Shown here in pieces: positions 39,306 to 48,661 of a stretch of 64,000 bases of DNA (position 1 is the stretch's first letter; each line of letters starts with the position of its first letter). This DNA comes from Escherichia phage KKP 3954: sequence record OR067838.1, one strand, 5' to 3'. Made by a program: the position numbers and the translations under genes. The notes under the pieces were generated by a model that ran no database searches, was not told where the DNA came from, and saw nothing but the letters and a program-made list of their open reading frames with translations.

Positions 39306-41266
39306 TCTCCAAGTTTTGCTGTATAAGGATTTTCAGATGAAACTGTAACCCTGAAATACATTGTGTAATCATCACCAGTGGCTGAAGAATACAAAGATGG
39401 TATATCGTTAACGCAATAAAAATCGATTGCCCCTGTCAAGCCATTTGCAGGTTCAGAATCCAATGCAATATTGATCTGATCAACAGCAGTCAGGTTTATT
39501 GACGAAGGTTTTGCCTCTGTGTCTTCGTGATTAGGTTGCCAAGTACTTAATTTGAAATCGGCAGGACTTAAAGCTTTAGTAACCCATGCAGAATTTGTTT
39601 TTTCTAACATGGCCCACCATCTCCAACCTGCGGAATCCGTAATAGTGATGTTAAAATCATCTGCGTATGAACGATACGTAATAGATTTTAAATTGGCTGT
39701 TTTAGTTGGTGTTAACCAAAACCCAACAGTAAAACCACCATCTGAATCCATATTAGCAGAAACTATCTGATCACTATTTGTCCCAGCAATACCAGTTGCA
39801 TATTTATATTGTATCACAGTATTGCTTCCCCAGTCAACAATGATTCTAGGTTCAGCAATAATATATACACCACCCCCAGGAGGTTCGGTGCGCATAAAAC
39901 TGGATAGAGGTATATCCATCTTAGTCATATTAGCTGCACCAAGAGGTAAGCCACAACGATATGTCACTGTATCTGTTTCACTCTTAGTCTTGCTTAATTC
40001 TAACTCTGGACGGAAAAGAACACCTTCCCCTGCATCATCTACACCTTGAAACTCAATACGCAGTTTTGAATTCTGATCCACTCTGAACCAAACTGCCTGT
40101 TGTTCTAGAGTTGTTTGTGCTGCAACATCTTGGCGAATTACTGTGTATCCTAACTCGTCACGAGAATATTTAGGTATTGCTGTAGATGGGTATGAGTAAT
40201 CATACGAGATACCGTCTGTAAAAGGAATTATTGCTGTAGTAGATCTACGGAAGAATTTATCAAACATATCAATGTTTGAGTAGTCTTGGCACAGCAATAA
40301 AGAAGATTGCCAGCAAAGCCAGTATTTTCTCTCTCCTGTGATCTGATACATCAGGTAGTTTGCATCACACCACCACGTTTCAGCATCGGAAGCATTATCT
40401 TGATAACCTAACTCTACCGGAACGTTTACAGGACGGTTATGCCACATCTCATTACGCTTAAGCAGATATCCACCGTGTTCTACAGGGTTGCATGTAGCGT
40501 AGTTGAATTTATAGTCACCGTTCACAGAAGCATTTTTAAGCTGCACTGTTCCATATTCTGCGAAGCTGTGACCTGTAGATAAAATGTTACCATCCCAATC
40601 AACTTTACGTCCTAGACGATCTATAATCCATTCAACGTCCCACTGATCTCCATATTCTTTCCAGTTGGTTGAACCATCTGGGTTAATTGCATAAACTGTT
40701 GCGTTAACGGAGTTCCAACCAAGATTACCATTGAAAGCAAACCAAGCTTTATCTAAGTATTCCCCCCAATGCGGTGCACCTTTAGGAATAACAGTCCTTC
40801 CGTTAATCCAAGTCATCATGCTACCTTTGAACCCGCCGTGCGTAGGATACCCATCATCTGTGAGAGGGTAATGTGCTAAACGTGGTTCTTTACCATTGAT
40901 GATCCAGTTGGGACGATATTTAGCTGGAGGATCAGGAATAGGTTGGCCCCCGAAGAAGTGATCTATATAAGCTTGCCAATACTTTTCGGCAGATTCAAGA
41001 TATTTTTTATCCCCTGTAGCCAAATATGCATAAGCAAAACCAGTGATAAGCACAGATTGACCTTCGGTAGTAGCGTCACCGTTTGGTTGCCCTTCCTGCG
41101 CTGTCCAGTTAATAAAGTGTCTGTTGTTCGCCAATACGTTTTGTGGGTTGATAATGTAGTGCTGAACCGTAGGATCTATGGTAAGCCCAGTATTTCTTTC
41201 CAAAAACTGAACCAACCCTTCAATCAACTGAAACGTGTTGTCAATATTGTGCTTAACTCTTGACAT
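39269..41266 (-). CDS. tail fiber/tailspike-like protein
   Basis: 665 aa ORF. Confidence 0.5.
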   Translation of the reverse strand: MSRVKHNIDNTFQLIEGLVQFLERNTGLTIDPTVQHYIINPQNVLANNRHFINWTAQEGQPNGDATTEGQSVLITGFAYAYLATGDKKYLESAEKYWQAYIDHFFGGQPIPDPPAKYRPNWIINGKEPRLAHYPLTDDGYPTHGGFKGSMMTWINGRTVIPKGAPHWGEYLDKAWFAFNGNLGWNSVNATVYAINPDGSTNWKEYGDQWDVEWIIDRLGRKVDWDGNILSTGHSFAEYGTVQLKNASVNGDYKFNYATCNPVEHGGYLLKRNEMWHNRPVNVPVELGYQDNASDAETWWCDANYLMYQITGERKYWLCWQSSLLLCQDYSNIDMFDKFFRRSTTAIIPFTDGISYDYSYPSTAIPKYSRDELGYTVIRQDVAAQTTLEQQAVWFRVDQNSKLRIEFQGVDDAGEGVLFRPELELSKTKSETDTVTYRCGLPLGAANMTKMDIPLSSFMRTEPPGGGVYIIAEPRIIVDWGSNTVIQYKYATGIAGTNSDQIVSANMDSDGGFTVGFWLTPTKTANLKSITYRSYADDFNITITDSAGWRWWAMLEKTNSAWVTKALSPADFKLSTWQPNHEDTEAKPSSINLTAVDQINIALDSEPANGLTGAIDFYCVNDIPSLYSSATGDDYTMYFRVTVSSENPYTAKLGDCIQYWTTNLTV

Positions 41267-41739
41267 TAAATAACTCCTGCTAAAACTAAGCTACCTGTCC
41301 AAGTTGCACCATTATCATAACTGATAAACTCAAAAGTGTCTGTTGCACCTTGACGATAACTCAAAACTGGGGAACGACCAAAACTCCATTTTACAGAAGA
41401 AGGCCATACGACTTTATTTGCACCACTTCCTTGACGCAAAGATAAAGTAAAGTTTAAAACTGCATTCGTTGCTACTGGAATATTAGTAAAACTAATTGTG
41501 CACGTTGCAGAAGATAAGGTTGCCGAAAAATATTCTGCTGAACTAATATCTAATGCCAAGGTGCTAGTTACTGTTCCCCGTGCATTTAAACGGTTTCTAG
41601 TTACCCCTGCACCACTCAATAGCACTTTCAAAGAAGTCTTCTTTGTTATTCCAGCCTGATCTGTTACAAAGAAATCTGTATCAGATACAGAGGTTGTTTG
41701 TGTAAGATCAGAAACTTTGATCGTAGTTAAATCTGCCAT
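41266..41739 (-). CDS. putative baseplate/tail protein
   Basis: ORF track; coupled starts. Confidence 0.45.
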   Translation of the reverse strand: MADLTTIKVSDLTQTTSVSDTDFFVTDQAGITKKTSLKVLLSGAGVTRNRLNARGTVTSTLALDISSAEYFSATLSSATCTISFTNIPVATNAVLNFTLSLRQGSGANKVVWPSSVKWSFGRSPVLSYRQGATDTFEFISYDNGATWTGSLVLAGVI

Positions 41740-42365
41740 TATTCTTCTACTCCTGTCATAGCTGTTATACCGAAATTATTGTTTGTAGCTAATGCATCAC
41801 CTTTTTCGTTAACCATGATTCTTTCCCCTGCTGACTCTGTAGACCATTCATTCCACCAAGTAGAGTAGGTATCACGTGGCAAACCAACAAAGTTGATAAA
41901 GCGATAAAGTCTATTCGAATTCTCAACAATACTGTAAGCTTCACAAATGATCGCTGCATTGTCTTCACCAGCTTCAGGGTAAATAAACTCTTCAGAAGGT
42001 TGAGTATTGAATATAGATGTTACTGTATCTGCTCCAACTGTGACCATAACTGTCATTGAGTAATAACGTTGATCCATGTCATAAGCAGATTTATAACTGT
42101 TTATTGTATCTATGTAAACGTTTTTGGCAATCTCTGCTAAAAATATTCTGTCTACAATATCTTTCTTTCTGGCAACACCAATAATCTCTTGTAAGTAAGG
42201 AACACCGAAGTTAGTATTTAAAAACCACTCTCCACGATACGTGTTCAGAGTTATCCCAAGAGTTTGTGCTGCAATTTCTGTTCTGGTTGTGGTGAGGACC
42301 AAATCCCCATCATCCATGATGAGGTCGTTGTTTGGTCCAAGCTTTAAGTCAAAAGGGATTCCCAT
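41739..42365 (-). CDS. putative baseplate protein
   Basis: ORF track. Confidence 0.45.
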   Translation of the reverse strand: MGIPFDLKLGPNNDLIMDDGDLVLTTTRTEIAAQTLGITLNTYRGEWFLNTNFGVPYLQEIIGVARKKDIVDRIFLAEIAKNVYIDTINSYKSAYDMDQRYYSMTVMVTVGADTVTSIFNTQPSEEFIYPEAGEDNAAIICEAYSIVENSNRLYRFINFVGLPRDTYSTWWNEWSTESAGERIMVNEKGDALATNNNFGITAMTGVEE

Positions 42366-42366
42366 G

Positions 42367-43101
42367 TTAGGCTCCTGTTGGTTTTAAGGACTCGGCACTT
42401 GAGCTACCGCTCTGAATGTTACGAACCGTGTGCGTGTGAGTATGGAATCCGATGCCATTACCATCTGTCATCAAACCGTTCTGATCTATTTTAAGACCAT
42501 TAATATCTGCTACGCCGCCTTTGAAAGTTAAATTACCACCTTTTAGATCCAAAGTCCCTGTGCCATCTGTAATAGTAATACCAGAGGTAGTAATATCTAT
42601 TCTCATCCCTTGACTATTCCATATTGAAATATTACCTGTAGGGTCGAAAGAAGCGTATGTGTTTTTGTTATTAGAAATAACTACCTTTTCAGAATCTACG
42701 GCTTCTGTTGAATCTGTTCCTGTAGCTATTTTGGGAATAAAACAAATAGGGTATAATCCACAAGGCTGCATAAAAGTGGATGACGAAGAGGTTTCCCCAC
42801 TAGTTTGCAGTGCATTAGAAGGATCTCTTTCAGAAAATATAACAGTTCCTAAATCGCCAGCTTTAATAGGGAATGAGATTCTTCCTGTCCCACCACCATT
42901 AACCATAAAAGGAACGTCTTCAAAAGTAGGATAATCTATTTCATCTTCACTAGATCGTGTGTTTTTAACAATAGACTCTAAAGTGACAGTTTTAGCACCA
43001 TAATTAACGCCAGTCACACGGACTGGCAAGGCTGTATGGACTTCTGCTAATTGTTCTGTCATTAAGCCACGCATTGCTGTGACAAAATTCAATGCATCCA
43101 T
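42367..43101 (-). CDS. putative baseplate spike/assembly protein
   Basis: ORF track. Confidence 0.45.
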   Translation of the reverse strand: MDALNFVTAMRGLMTEQLAEVHTALPVRVTGVNYGAKTVTLESIVKNTRSSEDEIDYPTFEDVPFMVNGGGTGRISFPIKAGDLGTVIFSERDPSNALQTSGETSSSSTFMQPCGLYPICFIPKIATGTDSTEAVDSEKVVISNNKNTYASFDPTGNISIWNSQGMRIDITTSGITITDGTGTLDLKGGNLTFKGGVADINGLKIDQNGLMTDGNGIGFHTHTHTVRNIQSGSSSAESLKPTGA

Positions 43102-44111
43102 TATTTCTCCTTAGTCATTATTTCAGACACGGATACACACTCCACTTCAGTAACCCACTCTTTACCCTCTTTATCACCATTGTGAGAAACAGAAACAACT
43201 TTAAATGGACCATCATAATCTCGGCTTTTTAACCAGATTGTTTTTTCTGGTAAAATTGCACCGTTCATTTGGCATTTAAATTTAACACCATCTGTAGGTT
43301 TCTTTGCCTTCTTAGAGGACTTGGTAACTTTTTTAGTAGGTTTAATATCGTTGTGGAATGGTTCTGGACTTCCTATCAGACCAGTTTCAGGGCTAATATA
43401 GGCGCTACGTGCACTAGACATTTGTGAACGAGGAGTGACATAAACAGATCCATCTTGTATTGACACATTGTGATCAATACTTTTACAAATATGTTCTAGG
43501 TAATGTGAAGTGTTTCCACACATAGCTGTTGCTGAAGATAAGGTTTGATCATTATCTACGTGTATATTACCTTCTGTAGTTCCTAAATCCTTTACCAAAT
43601 CTGTAACAACACGTTTGATTTTAGTTCCTTTTGGATAACTGCGGCTTGTTCTTGCTTCTGCAATGTTAATACCGCCATCCAAACAGTGTAAAGTGGTTTT
43701 CCTGTCTACCGAGTCAAAAGTATCACTAACCCACTGGATAGTTCCTTTGAAGACCATAACCAACTCTTCACCTTCGTATCCTACCGCTAAAGCAACAGCC
43801 AAGTTATTTCGGATACCACGGTTTATATAGTTAACAGTATCATCCGAAAGGTTATAAACTACAATCTCTGCTTGGTTAGGATCTTTGTTATTATCTTTCT
43901 TAATGCTGAAGGTTATTTGATGGTCTTGCAACAAATACAAATTAGAAGAGGATTTTTCTGTTGTCCCTAACTTGGTATCCAAATCTACCGTAGATTTAAA
44001 TGCCGAGTTCTTAGTTCTCTTCTGTATTGTGTTTGTGGCAGAACCAATTAATAATTTGTATGCCCTGTTTAAATTAGGGGCAGGAGCTTTTGTATACTCT
44101 CTTTCTGCCAT
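43101..44111 (-). CDS. putative baseplate hub/tail protein
   Basis: ORF track. Confidence 0.45.
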   Translation of the reverse strand: MAEREYTKAPAPNLNRAYKLLIGSATNTIQKRTKNSAFKSTVDLDTKLGTTEKSSSNLYLLQDHQITFSIKKDNNKDPNQAEIVVYNLSDDTVNYINRGIRNNLAVALAVGYEGEELVMVFKGTIQWVSDTFDSVDRKTTLHCLDGGINIAEARTSRSYPKGTKIKRVVTDLVKDLGTTEGNIHVDNDQTLSSATAMCGNTSHYLEHICKSIDHNVSIQDGSVYVTPRSQMSSARSAYISPETGLIGSPEPFHNDIKPTKKVTKSSKKAKKPTDGVKFKCQMNGAILPEKTIWLKSRDYDGPFKVVSVSHNGDKEGKEWVTEVECVSVSEIMTKEK

Positions 44112-44120
44112 ATTATCTCC

Positions 44121-44535
44121 TTACGCCTGATTAGGTTTGTTATCAATATAAACCAATACAAAACGTTTATCTCGACCTGTAGTTGTATACCCAGGACGAC
44201 CATTAATCTTAACTGTATCTACTATATACAATTGACCATCTGGCACACTTTCAAGATATTTATAAGGTTTAAGAAGATCTAAACCATTTGTAACTTTGAA
44301 ACTTATACTTGGATCATCTCCAGATAATCCTATCTGACATTGCCAAGACTCGTCCCTAGTGTTCCACCTTAAACGAATGTCATAATCAACTCCATCCAAT
44401 GTAACTGTATATGTTTGATCAGGTATACTCTTCAGTTTTCAGATACCATGCAAAATAAGTAGAATGGTCCTCCAGATAAACTGCACTGTAGCCTGTATTA
44501 CTTGTAGACCTTGTTGTTTTAGAATAAGTTGTCAC
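44121..44535 (-). CDS. hypothetical tail protein; track ORF 44121..44399 (TTG, no RBS) plus probable N-terminal extension from GTG 44535 (RBS GGAGG), joined by a +1 frame break at a T4 run
   Basis: GTG 6 nt after GGAGG; downstream frame open across junction; break at plus 44436-44439. Confidence 0.4.
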
Positions 44536-44537
44536 TA

Positions 44538-45239
44538 TTAACCTCCGTTGTTTGTTGGGGTATTAGTAGCTTCAGCAGTTCTTACTGTAATATCTGACTT
44601 AGGACCATTCGAAGCAACTTGACCTTTCACATCACCACCAGTTGACTTATTTGGTGCTGTTTTTACAGCAATAGCGTTAGTAGTGGCCTTAGAAACGAGA
44701 CGGATTTGTTCAAACTCTAAATCAAATTGCATAGCAAATTCAGATTTATAATCATACGAATAACCTTTGAGGATAACATTTTCAAAAGTTCTGTGTTCTG
44801 TCAAAAGAACTATTGGTTGTCTTGCCTCAAATATTTGGTCTAGATATTCTATTGCTTGAGAAATCCTTGCTCCATTTACACCTGCACTGTATAATTGATC
44901 TCGCATAAGCCGAATTGGTGTTTCGGTAATTATACCTGAAAGTTTAAATCTGTTGTTTTTTATTTGAACGTGGTCACTTACATCCGATCCTGATTCTACT
45001 GGAAAACTTGTAACATCTGCCTCACGAGTTACACCTACTTCAGGGACCGAATCGAAAGTAATTGCTTTAAAGTTTTGAATGTATTGATCACTTGAACTAT
45101 TATAAACACTTGCTAAAATGCAGAAACCATTATCACCCTTTACAGTAGATGCCGAGGTATTTTTATTCTCGGTAGAGTTGATTTCCTGTTCTGCCTTATA
45201 GACGGCTCTCACCGACTGTTGTGGAGTCATTGCTGCCAT
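44538..45239 (-). CDS. putative tail protein
   Basis: ORF track. Confidence 0.45.
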   Translation of the reverse strand: MAAMTPQQSVRAVYKAEQEINSTENKNTSASTVKGDNGFCILASVYNSSSDQYIQNFKAITFDSVPEVGVTREADVTSFPVESGSDVSDHVQIKNNRFKLSGIITETPIRLMRDQLYSAGVNGARISQAIEYLDQIFEARQPIVLLTEHRTFENVILKGYSYDYKSEFAMQFDLEFEQIRLVSKATTNAIAVKTAPNKSTGGDVKGQVASNGPKSDITVRTAEATNTPTNNGG

Positions 45240-45365
45240 GATAACCTCGTAGTAATGATAATGCCAAAAGGAAGATGCAAGATCTTCCCATATTGATTAT
45301 TGTAACACATATAGAAACTTCGTGTCAAGGAAAACGAAAATACCCCGCCGAAGCGAGGTATTTTA

Positions 45366-47355
45366 TTAACCACCAGTGTTAGATTGTCCACTTAGAGTTG
45401 AAAGAGACAAACGTTGGAAAATACTATTTCCGCTATTTTGAATTCTTGCATCAAGAATATTTCCAAACTCGGAAGAAGGGCTGATCGTAACTTTGATAAG
45501 ATCACTTGGTATTGCTACCGTATTCTCAACAACAGGTTGATTACGAGCCAAACTTACGTTAGGTGTATAGGCTGATTCACGTAAATCTTCAAGAGGATTA
45601 CCAAATCCAAAAGCACGTGTCCTTGTTTGTTCTCCTCTCCACATACGACCAATATCTTGTGTATCAATACCTGTTAAATTATACAACCAATCTGCTACAG
45701 GATTGCTGTCTCCACTTTGCGTTGCCTCGTATGCTTTTTGTGCCAAAGATTTATTAGGATCTGTGTTGTCTCCGAAGGTATCTGGGAATGTTTCTTTAAG
45801 CCAATTGGTAAAAGATCCGAAACCATCTCCTAATTCTTTAGCAAAACCACCAAGTTGAACTGTTGTTTTACCAAGTTCTTCACCTAAATCTTTGGCGAAC
45901 TGATCTAGCACTTTAACGTTATCCAACCAAGAATCATCTTTAGGTAAAGCTTTTACAAAACCTTCTAAGAAATGGTTCTGCATACCTTGACCTACAAGCT
46001 GAACTGTTGCAGCAAAACGAGTAAACTCTTTAGAAGCATCTATTTGTTCTTGAGTTAATGTTGCACCTGTTCTTTGAAGCATTTTCAATACTTCATTATA
46101 CCCTTCGCCGTTTTTACTAAACATACGTTGGTAGTGCATAAGGTCATCACCAAGGTTTTCAAGAAGTCGCCCGATTTGAGCGGAGTTCATACCTCGACGC
46201 TCACCTTCATTAACAGTAGCCTGAATAAAAGCTAAAGGATCGTTCTGTAAAGGTTTAAGCTGTTCTGGATTCCATCCAAACAAGTTCATAATGTCAGTTA
46301 TGCCATTATCACCGCCTTTCCACTTCCCTTCTTTCTCATTCCACTTTGCAGCTAAAACTGTATTACCAAGACGTTCACGAACGTCTTTAATATTATCTAT
46401 TGATTTAATAATATTTGCAGAGTCTACACCGTTCTGTTCACCCCAAGCTGTCATTGCCAAAATAGCGTTGGCGTTTGTCTGAACGTTTTCAGCACCACGG
46501 CTTACAAGTTTAATTCTTTCGTTAGTATTCATCAACGTGTTACCAACTACAGAACCACCTGCAAACAGCCCAGCACCTATTAAAGAGGATGCAATCATGC
46601 GTGGATTAAGACCTGCCGCACCTTCTTTTAATTGTCCATATCGACGATCACGATCACGTTTTTGTTGAGCTAATTCACGCTTACGGTTGCGTTCTATATC
46701 TCTAAGTTCACGATTTCGCATACGTATACGCATTTTAGCTTCTGCTTCTAACTCTCTACGAATACGGCGACGACCGCGAACCTCGTCTTCTATTTCAGCA
46801 TTCTTTTCACGATGCGATCTGCGTAAAGCATCCAACTGGTGAGCAAGAGCTTGGTTCATACGTTGAAGAGTTATTTCACCCTTTTTGTATTGCTCTACAG
46901 CTTTACCCATAACATCTCTAGCTTCTTGCATAGCGCCAGGACTGGCTTTACTAAATGCTCTTGCTCTGTAGTTAAAGTTCTGCAAACGAAGATTACCTAA
47001 GTCTTCCCTACGTGCTGCTGCTTTAGCTTCGCGTTCAGCAGCTTTACGAGCTTTTTTCTTCTTCTCTTCCTTGCGGGGTTTTAGGAGTTCTAGGTCTGCC
47101 AGATCCGCCTACAGGAGCACCCGCTCCAGCGGGAGTAGGTGCTCGCATAGGTTTTTGACTTTGAGTTTGAGCTTTCTTAAGTTCACGCTCAATCTCTTTC
47201 ATTTGTTGTCTAAACTTGGTCATGTTCATAGTGGGTTGCATTTTATTTGCAAACTTCTGAACACTCAACACGGCATCTTTTGCTTCCTTGAGACTGTTCT
47301 TGTCCACCTTAAACGTAACCACGTTACTAATTTTGGAGGCGTTAATTTCTAACAA
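45366..47355 (-). CDS. tail tape measure protein; two ORFs (47044..47355 and 45366..46985) joined by a +1 frame break at a 6-nt homopolymer
   Basis: TTG start after GAGGA; both parts K/R/E-rich helical; break at plus T6 47053-47058; removing one base fuses the frames. Confidence 0.55.
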
Positions 47356-47375
47356 AGTATGTTCCTCGTGTTGGA

Positions 47376-48124
47376 TTAAACAAGTTTCTTAAACAAATCT
47401 GACATTTTATTTGTCTGGTTTTGATGTTTTCTCTTTATTGAAGTGTCTTTAACATACATGGCTTCAACATACTCTTCGTATGTTAAATACTCATATAGTT
47501 TTAAAAGATAATCTACACCGTAGTTATCCAATGTTTTCAGTGTTTCCGAGGTATCTTTAACGACTTTGCAAAGAATAACCTCATACCACTTCAAAGTAAG
47601 GGTTTTCGTTGCTGTGTCGATAGCATGTTCAATCGCAGGTGTTAATTTGCTGCTAAACTCGTCATCGCCTGAAGCTGTGTGAACAGTTTTCCGAAACCTC
47701 GTTTGAAAAAAGGGCCGTAGTTTACCTCCAGAACTTTAGCAGTAAGATCTAACACTAGTTCTGGGTGAGCCATAAATAATTCATCAAAATTTTCTGCAAC
47801 GTTATAACCGTCTTGAGTATAAACCTCATCTAAAATTTTACGCAAAAAGACAGTTAAATTCTTTTCTTCCAAACCTGCAAAAAGTTGGATCAGTGCCATA
47901 GCAATACGTGACTCAAGGTCTTCGTCTGCGGACATTGTTGCTGTGCTATACATAGTCATAGGAACAACCAGAACACTACCCAATTCTGGAATCCTGTCAA
48001 ACACTTTAGATGGACTCCACTTCATAATACGGAAAGTAACAGATCTGTTTCCATCTAACGGAATCTCAACTACTTCTTCTGGTCGAGCATATTTTTGAAT
48101 TGTGTTATCTTGTTCTTGTGACAT
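47376..48124 (-). CDS. tail assembly chaperone, long form produced by -1 ribosomal frameshift (G-T type)
   Basis: Slippery heptamer U UUU UUC on mRNA (plus 47705-47711); -1 frame open from there to stop at 47376; gene sits between tube and tape measure. Confidence 0.5.
47642..48124 (-). CDS. tail assembly chaperone, short form
   Basis: 160-aa ORF between tube and tape measure genes. Confidence 0.55.
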   Translation of the reverse strand: MSQEQDNTIQKYARPEEVVEIPLDGNRSVTFRIMKWSPSKVFDRIPELGSVLVVPMTMYSTATMSADEDLESRIAMALIQLFAGLEEKNLTVFLRKILDEVYTQDGYNVAENFDELFMAHPELVLDLTAKVLEVNYGPFFKRGFGKLFTQLQAMTSLAAN

Positions 48125-48140
48125 ATTTTCCTCTCTAATG

Positions 48141-48163
48141 ATAAAAAGGGCATTTCTGCCCTT
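48141..48163 (-). terminator. rho-independent terminator after tube gene
   Basis: AAGGGCA-GAAA-TGCCCTT then TTTTTAT on minus strand. Confidence 0.5.
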
Positions 48164-48169
48164 TATTTA

Positions 48170-48649
48170 TTATTGAATTGTCAGAGCAGAGATTGAGTTA
48201 AGGGTGCTCAAACCTACACCAACTTCATTACGCAGAAGGCTTGCATCTTTAAGACCAATAACCCATTGGTTCTCTGTAATCATTTCGCCAATAGTATCTT
48301 CAGGCTGACTTTGAATCCATCCAATCGTGCTAATGTAATAGCCACGTGGGTCTTCCAAGTAAACACTGAATGCTACTTGACGAGTAGAATACATTGTTTG
48401 TGCATATGTTGCAAGTACTTCGTTAGCTGGAGATGTGCGTTGCAAAGACATTGTGAGTGTTCCCAAACGGTTACGACTCAAAGCTAGTGAAACGTCGCCA
48501 TCAGTCCCTGAATAAGGGTTGATAATATCGTTAGATTTAGCAATAACGATTTTAGTATCAGCCGCAAAACCCCACGGTTCCCAACCACCTAATGAAAGGA
48601 TAACTTGAGATGGGTCGTAGGCCATTACGCCAGTAAGCATTTTATCCAT
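48170..48649 (-). CDS. tail tube protein
   Basis: 159 aa, directly downstream of sheath; AAGAGGA RBS. Confidence 0.55.
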   Translation of the reverse strand: MDKMLTGVMAYDPSQVILSLGGWEPWGFAADTKIVIAKSNDIINPYSGTDGDVSLALSRNRLGTLTMSLQRTSPANEVLATYAQTMYSTRQVAFSVYLEDPRGYYISTIGWIQSQPEDTIGEMITENQWVIGLKDASLLRNEVGVGLSTLNSISALTIQ

Positions 48650-48661
48650 TATAGATCCTCT

